DNA of 63,394 nucleotides, filler included, from Choristocarpus tenellus KU-1152 (lineage: Eukaryota; Protista; Phaeophyceae), in NCBI GenBank assembly GCA_964200185.2. It is 9 parts of 9 records of this genome, joined end to end, with 100 filler letters (N's around TTAATTAATTAA, not from the genome) between each part and the next. Parts side by side here need not be neighbours in the genome. Positions count along the whole stretch, not along the records: positions 19,311 to 26,160 come from CAXNAD020007219.1; positions 26,261 to 31,529 come from CAXNAD020011302.1; positions 31,630 to 43,622 come from CAXNAD020002035.1; 6 more parts are not named here. One strand, written 5' to 3'. Made by a program: the position numbers and the translations under genes. Below, piece after piece: positions 25,601-37,100 of the stretch (positions are counted from its first letter, which is position 1; the number at the start of each line of letters is the position of its first letter). The notes under the pieces were generated by a model. It was not told where the DNA came from. It was given only the letters and a program-made list of their open reading frames with translations, and did no database searches.

Positions 25601-28600
25601 GTGCGTTCAGATATTTAGCATGGAACAGATCCCACTCCACCCCCCAAGCCCCCCCACCTCATCAGTCGCTTACATCACAGTATTTCATGCTTGGTGAAGT
25701 GCGGACTTTGTGGTCGTTCATGTGCTTCCGAACGGTCAAACTAAAAGAGCAACTGTGCAACCTTGTGGGGACACCATAGAACCCACTATCTGATTGGGAA
25801 TGGATCTCCAGCCGGTAGGGTGTCGTAGTTGTCAGACAGCTCTATGAACTTGGAACATTGATTGGAAGCCTCCAATACCACTCCTGGTGAAATAGAAGTA
25901 GTCGCATCATATCGCAGATAAGTTCACATGGCATAACTCAGGGAGTTACTGAGTATGGACAGTAAGCATTTCCGAGGCTGATGAAATACAAATCAAGTGT
26001 GGCTTCTCATCACCTTCCCCTGAATAAGAACAACTCATCTACAAGTGTGGGTGAATGTAGCACAACTCCTGATTGGTTCACAACTCCCATGTCCAACGAC
26101 ATTTACAAATCATCCATGGGTAGGATGCCTGCCCATTTGACCCAAAGTATCTGAGGGGGGNNNNNNNNNNNNNNNNNNNNNNNNNNNNNNNNNNNNNNNN
26201 NNNNTTAATTAATTAANNNNNNNNNNNNNNNNNNNNNNNNNNNNNNNNNNNNNNNNNNNNCACCCCCCCCAGATACTTTGAGCCCAAGCGCGCAAGTCAC
26301 ACAACAGCCAATGTTACATGTTACACTAAATTATTTTCTACTTGATGTTTACACAAGGAAAAACCAGCAGCAGTTCAAACTTAAAATATTGCAAAGGCAT
26401 TGGCTTCAAAGACAACCTAAAGCGTTACTTTTAGGTCTACCTATTTGCCTTTATCCCTTGACACCTATTTACCTTTGCTCAATCATAAACTTCTGTCATT
26501 TTGCTGGCATCTAACACGATAAATGCGTAGTATATAGCAAGCAGGACTTACACCTCCATAGGCAGGATAGGAGTATCAATTAGTATACGACTAAACTTCT
26601 GGCAAGACATTGAAACCGCCTTTTAAAAAAGCGATTTTTCCATCATGTGCTACTTAAGTAGCCTGCAAGAACTAGAAAAGGCATATATATATTCGTGAGG
26701 GCAGGGTGTGTGCTGGAAAATACGGGGTTTCTGCTGATCATGCAGCCCGAACCCAATTTGACGATTTAATGGATGAACCTATTTTCCAATACTCTCTAAC
26801 GCTCTAAAAATAAAATGAGGAACCTGTTATTGGTGGGTCAATGTTGTTACTGCGTCATTCAACAAGCATAGTAGTAGGACAGGGGAGGTTCTCTTGCAGG
26901 CAAGTTGGTAACGCCACAACGAAAGAACAGTTCAGTCAGACCAAGAATCATTGTATTCAGTGGTACTCTTTGTCTCTGTTGTGCACTCATTAATCACATT
27001 TTTCAACTGTCTTTTATCTCTATTGTACGTTTCACTAGTTGCATTAGTCTGTGCAGCCATAAGGAATGCACGGTGCTTCAAGTCAAGTGCATAATGGGGA
27101 GGAAGTGTGTGCTATAACTACTCCATTACGTCATACATTATGGCCATGCCCCATTGACTGACACACACAACTGCAGAACACCAGTGAGTATCCACCTGTA
27201 CATTGCCTAAACGCCGTACTAATTCCACATCCTGTCCCTACACTTTCCACACCCCCATGGATTCAACCACCTGTCTCCATCGGACCCCCACCTCTGAAGC
27301 CAGCTCTCATTCTGGGAAAAACCACAACCAATACTATGGATAGTGGTTGTTACACATCTATCGGTGGTTGTTACACATCTATCAAATGGTATTCCGAACT
27401 GACCACAAGACAAAGGCCGACCAGTCTATCATTGCAATTACTGAATGACATTGAATTCACCCAGGCCACAATATTTGAACATGGAGCAACACATTCCAAT
27501 ACATGCTCCAGACATTCCAGATGATTGGGAAGGGCGGAGACACACAGACACCAACACGTGTAGTACGTTTCTCTATAAATAGGTTATAGGATAAAGTTCG
27601 AAGGTGGTGAAAACAAAAAATATGATCAAGCGTAAAGGATGTGCAAAGAGTGCTACTATACAAGGGCAAGGATGATCACAAATTCACAAACTGGGTGACG
27701 CACCCACTGATGACTCTGTATTCCCTAGTTTGTCCCAACTGCCATCCTTCCACACACTAACAAAATGTGTCAACAACCAGAAACGCTCGAGGATAGATGC
27801 CATTGTTGTTACCAATTCTTAAATGCGATTCCCTGGTCATCACCTCCCTGCACTTCTAGGGGGGGGTGTTGGGAAAAGCAAGTCACGATGACACCATTCC
27901 TCGGGAAAAGGAGGTTTTTTCAAACAGATGAATCGCATGTGCATGGTTATCAAAACATTTCGAGTGCGCCCCTCTCAACAGTTTCATATGACCCTTGACT
28001 GGGTCAGCAACAACAAAAAGTATGGTGCTAGATCCGCATTTGCATTTTGATGGTATTAGTAAATAGAAAACACAACTGTGCAAAAAGTGTATTGTGAAGT
28101 ACACAAGCTTCAACAAACAAGAACCTCGATCAGCATGACCAGCACCATCCAAAAATGTCATACTCATTGCTCTCATCTCCAAAATGCATACATGGTGTCA
28201 CCCAGCTACATCTAGGTCCCTCTAAGGATCCCTTCCACATCTAAAAACTGAAATGTTATTGAATGCACAGGTACATCACAAGCAGCATATGCTTACCAAC
28301 ACGTGCACATGCACACACACACACACACACATTTTGAATATTCTCCCTACCAAATACAAATAGGCAAAACCTTTGTGGCGCCACAGACTAGCTACTGTAG
28401 AGGTGATCGTGCTCTCCACAGACATGATATCCCTACAGAGGGACCCACCCAGCCAACCTCCAACAAACAACAGAGCTCACAATATCCCAACCCATCCCAA
28501 TCTTGCCCAGAGAGAGGGTTGAGAGTGGAGAAAGTCGAGGTATGAAAATGCGTATATACAACCAGGTGGAGAAAATGATCTGTCACAATATTTTCTGTCA

Positions 28601-28781
28601 CAACCACATGGTACAGGTGTACTTGGAATACGAAATGGAGCAAGAAGACAAAAAAAAAAAAGATTGTAATTAACACTCCCTTTGTCACTTTCACTTAAAT
28701 CTGAATGCACCCACTCCTACCCCTGAATCCTTCTCATAAGCTGTCGAAGGTGTTGGCGTGAACCTTCAATGCTTGAGGATG

Positions 28782-29890
28782 TCAAAAAACTAACCAAGGG
28801 GAGGAGGATGGGTCCCCCTCAACTGAATCTGCAATCAGTACGGGCTGCATGAACTCAACGATGAGATGTATCACGTCCTCGGTGATGCCACACAAGGGAG
28901 ACTGTCGTCGGGCCTCATCGTCACCCTTTCTCTGGCCAATCCACAGTACCCGCTCCACCTCCCAGGCAAGTCGAAGAGGTGCAATTGCGGCATAGTCTAC
29001 ATCTAGGCCTTTACACCAATTATTGTCTCCTCCAAAGGAGAGAAGCACCTTCTGATCGTCTGCGTCTTCCCCTAGTTGTCGGACCACAGCACCTCTGTCC
29101 CGAACAAACACATAGCCCAAGTGAAGGAGAGTCCATCCTCCAGAAGCAGCTATCTGATTCAGGTAAGTATCATTGGTATCGTGACTCCATCTCACAGTGG
29201 CCTCATCAGTCTGGTAGTGTCCGCGAGGGAAGGTTGTTTTTCGCAAAAATGCGGCCGTTGTCCCCCCCACGTCTGCTTCCCATATTGCGCGGAACTTACA
29301 CCAAGCATTCATTCGTATGCGAAAGAAAGCGGCATACAAACCAGGCTTGGGGGCCACGACATCGGCGTAAACATGGAGCCAACACACTTCATTCAAGTGA
29401 TGGATGATACCACGTGGAGAGGTGGCTTCGGAAATGTGATAAGCAACGAGATTGTGGTTGGGAAGAGTGGGAGAGAGGTATATATCAGGTGGGTATCCGA
29501 GTTATGTGATTCGCCTATTCACAAGTGGGGGGGGTTATGGCAAACTAACCCTAGCGTATGCATTACTGGGGTCATATAATTGAAGAAGTCGACATTTCAT
29601 TTCTGGAACACATCTGGGTGTGTGTTTCGCCAATGTAACCTGGTTGAATAGGGTCGGGAGTCTATTGAACGCAGTATGTCATGTGGGAAAAGGGGAGGCA
29701 ATGTTGCTGTAGGCATTCCAAACTCACATTCTTCCTGATTGACCCAGTACCGGAGGTCACCGCCCCAAGTGATCCCCATTCCTTCATCCAGAATACGGGC
29801 CCCAAGCTCCAGGGTATCACCTACCGTACCAAGTGACCTTGCCGAGGGCCAGTCTTCCTCTCCATCATTGGCAAGAACTGCTGGGAGCAT
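28782..29890 (-). CDS. Phloem protein 2 (PP2)/Nictaba-like lectin-domain protein with a C-terminal F-box/SOCS-box-like motif, 268 aa
   Basis: Exons 29890-29728 and 29425-28782 (GTGAGT donor, AAG acceptor; 807 nt including stop). The spliced product reads MGITWGGDLRYWVNQEESTSPRGIIHHLNEVCWLHV..PGLYAAFFRI..GGWTLLHLG..LSFGGDNNWCKGLDVDYAAIAP. This matches PP2 motifs ITWGxxxxYW, LxxVCWL and WKxGLxxxxxxIxP. Confidence 0.85.
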
Positions 29891-31085
29891 GTCCGTCCTT
29901 ACTCCTCAAGGCAGATTTTCCCCACCGCCCTCTCCCCACAATCTCTTCAGTACTGTAAAATCTTCTCTTTCACCACACTACCAACACGATTCCTCTAGTG
30001 ACATAGAAATTGTTTGTTACTTTTTGGTATCGATTCTCATTATATTTGTTTGACTTTTTCCCGAACACATCTCCAAAATGAGAGACAATAATAACGTTAT
30101 TCTAACCAAGGTCGAAAGCAGGTTTATGTTAGCATACCGTTATTGCCGTACAGAATCGTCTACTATCATACCGATTAAGGTATATACAGGAAGGAGAGCT
30201 AGAGGAACGGTCCTTTTTCCCTAACACATCTTCAAAATGTTGAAAGAGCATAATAAAATATTTTTTTCAAATAGAAAATTTTCTGGATGAGTTGTCTATA
30301 CATGGAAAACAAGGGGGGCTAGGAAGTTAGAAAAAAGGGAATGTCAAGTCCCCCTTACAACAATAATTAGCGTTCGTCACTACACAAGTGACTCTCTCGA
30401 GGTGCGTCATGCATTTCAAGCTGGAGATACGAGGCAGATGGGCAAGGAGTAAGTAACCTTTCAGATTCTTGGGATGCTTCCCTAGCTCCTTGACCACTTG
30501 TGCAGGGCCTAGTAAGGTTGGAGGCATAGTAGGAATGTAGACATAACATTACAATTACTAAGCTTTGAGCGGAGTGTTTGTAGTATAGGTGATATTCAAA
30601 TGGAAAATAGACTTTAGAGAGATGTCTTTCGTATTTGGGACAACCCCTGTTACTTGTTACAGGGGTTCTGGTCATGTTGGTTTGACTTTTTCCATGACAT
30701 ATACGCAAGATGTAAATGACATGATCATATAAATAAAAAAAGAGTGGAGAATCTTTCGAAATAATGAGTATGTGAACCTTTTCAAGAGGCCAATATCACA
30801 GGAGGTTGATATCTCTTGGAAAGTGTTTTATAGTGTTCTCACGTTTAGGATATTTTATTTCTTTAGGGCTAATAATAGCGACATACATATATGTATAGTT
30901 TTCATTGGTTTCCCCGACACATCTGCAAAATGTGAGAGGGCATAATAATAAAATATCATCCCCTCTCATGAGATTGTCATCACCACCAGAATTTTCTCCA
31001 TTATGATTTGTTGCATTTGTTGCATTTGTTGCACTTGTCCAACCTTAACCTTGTCTCGACTATGTTTTCATCTTGGTCCTGGTCA

Positions 31086-31160
31086 ATCTTGCTTGGTGAT
31101 TCTCTTCGCCACCCTCCTTGTCTGAGTGAACCATACTCCCACAGAATAATACAATTTACA
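31086..31160 (+). mobile_element. Probable non-LTR retroposon (SINE/LINE) 3' end preceding the microsatellite
   Basis: Near-identical reverse-complement copy at 19138-19210, which also abuts a simple-repeat tract on the same side. Confidence 0.55.
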
Positions 31161-31172
31161 TTGAGTGTTGTC

Positions 31173-31456
31173 ACTATTCCTATTGCTATTGCTATTGCTA
31201 TTGCTGTTATTGCTATTGCTATTGCTATTGCTATTGCTATTGATATTGATATTGATATTGATATTCCTATTGCTATTGCTACTGTTACTATTCCTAATGT
31301 TATTGCTATTTCTATTGCCATTGCTACTGCTATTGCTATTGCTATTGCTAGTACTATTACTATTGCTATTGCTAGTACTATTACTGCTATTATTACTATT
31401 CCTAATGTTATTGCTATTTCTATTACTATTCCTTCACTATTCCTTTTACTACTACT
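31173..31456. repeat. Compound microsatellite (TATTGC/TATTGA/TAC)n
   Basis: About 280 bp of CTATTG-type repeats. It generates the spurious poly-IA and poly-L ORFs. Confidence 0.95.
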
Positions 31457-31799
31457 ATATATGTGGAAAGCATGTTTGTCTGTTATTATACCGTATTGCT
31501 CGTATGCCATATACCGTTATACTGTGGTANNNNNNNNNNNNNNNNNNNNNNNNNNNNNNNNNNNNNNNNNNNNTTAATTAATTAANNNNNNNNNNNNNNN
31601 NNNNNNNNNNNNNNNNNNNNNNNNNNNNNCAAATGGACACCCTGGTGTAGACCGCCCCCCCCCCTCGCAGATACTTTGGGTCTATTTTTCTTCTTGGATT
31701 ATTGGTGTATCTCTGTAAAAAAAGCAGAAAATTCAACTTTTTTTTTTTAATGCAATACTCATCAAATTTTATAAAACCTCGTTTTTTCTACCCACCACG

Positions 31800-32210
31800 T
31801 CCAATGAGATCAAGACAAAGGACAACGGTTCAGCTTTGCATCAATCTCCTCCTACTTCGCCTCTTATTCTTGCTGCATTTGTGCTCTCCGTTAATGTCAT
31901 CCATCACTTAAGTTTGTCGAACCCACACAAACTGCCCAAATTGCGATCAAATTGCGATCAAATTGCCATCGAAAATCGTTTTTTCAGTTCTTAGTATGAG
32001 CATATTACATTCATGAAATTTTATATCTCTCTTTTTTCTATCCACTACCTCCTATAAAACATGAGAGAGGACAAAGGTTGATTTTCGTCATCAATCTCCT
32101 CCTACTTCGCCCCTCATTCTTGCTGCATTTGTGATCTCAATGACTATCATTCGTCACGTAAGTTTGTCCAACCCTCACAAACTACCCAAATTGCGATCAA
32201 TTTATTATCG
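31800..32210. repeat. Imperfect direct duplication (about 150-bp units, about 250 bp apart)
   Basis: CATCAATCTCCTCCTACTTCGC..ATTCTTGCTGCATTTGTG..TAAGTTTGTC..CCCAAATTGCGATCAA occurs at about 31839-31950 and 32088-32200. Confidence 0.8.
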
Positions 32211-33459
32211 AACTGCAATTTAGTCAGACAGATATATAATAACAAACCTTTAATATATTTCATAGATAGGCACTCTTGTCGTTGAAAACCATTGACAGAC
32301 CAACATTGTAAGAAAGGGAACGACTATGAAAGGCGTGTGGAGGACACTCGAAACAAACAAGATAGTGAAAAATATATAAATATCGCAACATTTCATTAAT
32401 GACCCCAAACAGACATTGCCGTACCCTCTAAGATAGTATGGCTCTTTCATTTATGGTTCTTGTTACCTTTTCTTACCCAATGAGTTTTGCCTTCTTTGCA
32501 CTACCTTTTTGGACTATGGTTCTGAGATCCATCAAACTTACATGATTGGAAGAATGATTATATGGTAGAGATGTGTATTAGTAGTATATCCTATATATCA
32601 GAACCAAACGCATACAACAAAAATAAATGATATCCTTATACTCCAAGTTTAAGTAGAAGAACCACTATTTGGTGTATCTCCTCTCTCTAACATGGTTGTA
32701 GGATATATATCATTCTGACTGGCTCTACCAAAACTATGTTGGTGTCTATTCCCACATCCTCACCCACTTATCACACTCTTAATACTACTAAATACTCTTG
32801 TAAACAAAGGATGCAGTGTCCATGGGAGGTGGCCTCTCTTTCGGACCCCCACTGTCATACTTTTTTTTCACTTTTTTGCCTTTTTTTCTGAAAGTCTAAC
32901 CCTATATCTATCCCTAACTCGAACCTGAACCCTAATCCTAACTTGTCTGTGAAAATATCCCTAATCAGTCAAGAAAATATCCAGAAGAAGTGGAGGAATA
33001 TTGTGTACACTGAGAACCACCTCGACCGCTTCGCACTTTTTGACATTCATTTTCGAGAATGTAACTCTATCCCCTAGCCTTGACCTGTGTGAGAAAAATA
33101 ACCCTAGTCTTCGTTTGAAGAATGAAAAAAGTACAAGAGTGGGGGCTGCCTCAAAGTATTTTTTGGGTGGGGGTTACTCCAGGATGTCCACTCGGGTCCT
33201 CGCTAGGAGAAGTGAACTTGTACTATTCATTTGACGCATTCAACCAAATCACCCAAAATAGGGACATTCATGGAAAAATTGACTGTTAACGGACAGTCGT
33301 TACTCGTTTCTTCACACTTTGAGCCTTCCCTAACGAAAATGACAGTTCCCAAACACTATGGATTTCAACGGATAGTACAAATAATACAATACAGTGTAAG
33401 AGTGGTGTCGAAATGATCATTTCAAGAAGAAGTGGAGACAAGACCGAACGGAACTAAAT

Positions 33460-33505
33460 AACCTAACCCATAATCTAACCCTATCCTAACCCTAGCCCTA
33501 ACCAT
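33460..33505 (-). repeat. Degenerate interstitial telomeric repeat (CCCTAA)n
   Basis: ACCTAACCCATAATCTAACCCTATCCTAACCCTAGCCCTAACC. Confidence 0.7.
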
Positions 33506-34123
33506 AATATAAATAAAAATATTTGTGATAGTCATTTTCCAACTAAGTTACAACATGACTATAACACAATATAAGAATATATTTTATCTCTATAACTATA
33601 TGTAAGATGAGAGTATAGTTATTTGCAATACACCGAAGTTCTTACGTCACTAATCACTTTTCTTTGCCCATAGTTCAATCAAGGTGGTACAATAATTATC
33701 AAACTTGTTTCAACAGTTCATTGTCCACATACCCATCTACTCCAAAATCATTATCTTCTCATTTGACTGTTTAGTTCGGAAAAGCGAGGAAGATGTTCTT
33801 ATATTATTCTTCGTCACCCTCCTACAAGTAGAGAATAATTCGAATTCAAAGGTCGAAAGTTCAAAGTATTATAATATTGTAAAGCGAAGGAACAAAAAGG
33901 AACGATAGAAAAAAGAGGATGAGAAGTGAAGGGATAAGGTTCAGGAGAGGTGCTTAGAAGAGTAAATGTTGATGACTTCATTGATTATTTTATCTTCGGT
34001 GATCCATCCTCCCTTCCTATCCTCTCTATACCTCAAACTTGTAATCTTCAATACACTTCTCCTCCTCTGTCTGTGGTGGAGGTAGTGAGCACTACTACTA
34101 CTGTACTGCCGCTACTTGATGAC

Positions 34124-37100
34124 ATGGCACGAGGGGTGATGCTTCTGTCTTTGGTACTATTTTCGTCCATACTGACGACTGTGAGGGCTCACCCTCTCTG
34201 TTGGTATGGTCCTGATGGAAGTCCATCCCATACGTACCAACCTACCTTTTGCACCAACGATATTAATGGCAACTGCTGCTCGGGAAATCAAGAGAAAGAT
34301 GTACAGAGTAGATACAAGAAAGTGAATCCCACAGGCGATTGCGCAGCTCTGCATAAGGAGGTGGGTAACCAGAGAGGTTCACAATGATCAAGAATCCAAG
34401 ACAGTGTTTGTGTACAGACTTATTCGGGTCACTGCAGTCTTTTCATTCGTAGTACTCCACAGACCCACATCATATAACTTCTCATACTATTGACTCTTCG
34501 AATGTGATCTATATCATTCTCGACTCCACTTGCGTAGGTTGTATGCGGAGTTTGCCTCGGTTTCAGTGCGCACCTTTACGAGAGACTTGGTCCTGATCCA
34601 AGGTATGGCGTAGAGGATGGGATGACTCTCACCAAGGAGTTCTGTCATTCCTATGTGGAGGCATGCGGTGCACAGCTCAACCTGCCTACGGACTACTGCA
34701 GCGTTCACAGCGGTGGTGGTGACACTGATATGTTCTGGTCATATCCCTTGAAAGTAGATAGTAAGTACCTAAGCAAACGTTGCGCAATATTGATCTCCTG
34801 AGCCTCTCTAGCAGTAACTCTCCCAAAATATATCATCGAAATCATAACCAGCGATTCCAATGCTGTCAGTCGGCGTCTGCGTCACTACCTTTTCGTGCTC
34901 CTGTACATTATTTTACAGGTCCCGAGTGGAGAGAGAAAGAACGTAAAATCTAACACACAGAAACAAGCCTTCCTCTTTTATTTGCCTCTGGAGTTTTTAG
35001 TTTACAAGCAACGTCCAAAATTGTGCCCATCCGCACAACGCTGTTTTTGAACAAATTCTTTTGACTTTCGAGAACACTCAACCTCTGCTGACCCTATATG
35101 CATGCATCGCATATGATGTTCTGCTCAAGTTCATATTTAGCTCGAACATGGTGCAGTTTATTGCCACTCCTCTCATAGATAATTTTGCTCTTCTTTGAGA
35201 TAAAGCAAGTATGCTGAAATTGAGTCATCACACCTGCTAAAACGATGACATTTGTGCATTTGGCAGACACCGACTTCACAGGAGGACTACAAAAAGCTTT
35301 CAAGTCACTCCCGTCTGACCAACTTCCGAAGGGACCTATGGCTATGCACATGAGCCCTGATAGCAGTATGTGGTGGGTTGCTGGACAATACGGTCAAATA
35401 GTGGAGGTGGGTACATGACTGTTAGGCATTTTCGTTGCAATTACTTGTGTTGATCTTTTCTAATTTGCTCTCTGAACACACGATATTCCTGTGTGCTTAT
35501 ACTTTTGACTCTCTCGTAGCTTCACACATGTATCATAATTTTGAGGAAATGATAAGAGTTCATGCGTGACCGTAACTCGATATTTAGGGTTATCTATTTC
35601 ATGCACTAGAAGAGAGCTAGCTCTAAATGAATACAAGCGAATCTGCTCAGAACGATTGCTCGCCTATATAGTCCTTTCAAGGTAATAAAAAAATTTCCAA
35701 TCAGGTAGATATTCCTCAGGAAGCACTTGTATCACTTCAGCAATTGAAGTGATGAAAGATACTATTGTCTCGCACTTTTGTTGTTCACGTCCTACAGATT
35801 GATGCATTTGATCCAACTGTTTACTGGGCTACTGAGGTCTTGGATATCAGCTCAGGATACGACCTTTATATTGGGTTTGAGGAGGTAAGTCAAATCATGC
35901 AGACCTCATTCGTATACGCTCTATCCATGCAGTTGGGGCATACATGGAAATACCAAAGCTGTTTTTGTTGGTATTTACAAATTCTATATTTCACTTGATG
36001 TGTCAAAAAGTGTCGACTTCTCTGCTGTTGGACAGCCTTCAACGTATTTGATTATATTAAGCAATTTTTGTCACCTTAAGAGTTTGTGAACCTAACTTCA
36101 CAAAGCGGCCAGATATTCGAAACTAACACTCTGCAATGTACTGTAGCTACAGTTTACTCGTGTGTTTCCCCTTGTGTGCTTCAAGCTCTTTGCCAGTCTT
36201 GACTGTTTGGAAGTCGCTCAATGTGTTCATTTCATCTTTCTTGTGGATCCATCGTGTATCGCTCATTTTTCCGTCCTGTAAAACAGGGCTTATTGGACTT
36301 CGCCTTCCACCCGGAGTTCACCACAAACGGCCTGTTCTACGTGCATTACAGCGCCGTAACTGTAAGAGAAGATATCGTACTCCATTGACGGAATGTACCT
36401 ACCACAGTAGAGAAGTGCATGCTTTAAATACATAGCCGAACTCTTGATGATTCATGTGTGTTCGAGAACAGCAACAAGCACGCTGAGCAGGTTCTGATAG
36501 CATTCTACATTTTTCCTGCTCAAATTTTGAGAGTACATTGTAAGGGATATCCAGCAGGAAACAGAACAGATTGAAACCGATTCTAGCATTAGTACCATTA
36601 TAAACCATATTTTGAGTTTTTGCTGGTTCTTCTGACTCATTGTTTCCCAGCGAGAGCAACACTCCCGAGTAAGTAGCATGTATTACAGTATAGGGTTCAC
36701 CGATGCACTTCAGGATCAATGATCTTATTTTTATCGTGTCTTACACAATTTGAAGACCTGATAATGCCTTGCTTTCCGTGCCTTTGTGCATTGCAGGCAA
36801 GTGGAGAAAAGTCCCGTACCCGCATATCCAGATTTACCTACAACAAGGGAAACTCTGGCAAAACTAGTAGGTCAATGGTCATACTTTCTACATCCACTCC
36901 TATACAAACCTCTATTCACGTAGGAGGATGGATTGGGTTCAAACCTTCGGACTACAAAGGTGCAAAAAAGGTAAGAATTGCATCTTACGCACATACTAGC
37001 ACCTTACCAGCACAGTCGTATTGTGTTGCTGACCACTAATCACTGTACACTCTGGAGCGTGCGCAGAATATTCCAAACATGTCCGCATGAGCGTATTACA

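Noticed and set aside
28979-29579. Plus-strand ORFs of 142 and 167 aa
   Set aside because: Antisense shadows of the PP2-like exon with no motifs. The same applies to 20371-20694 and 47238-47735.
31001-31581. Long hydrophobic ORFs (poly-IA, poly-L) resembling membrane proteins
   Set aside because: Translations of a microsatellite that is open in several frames on both strands.
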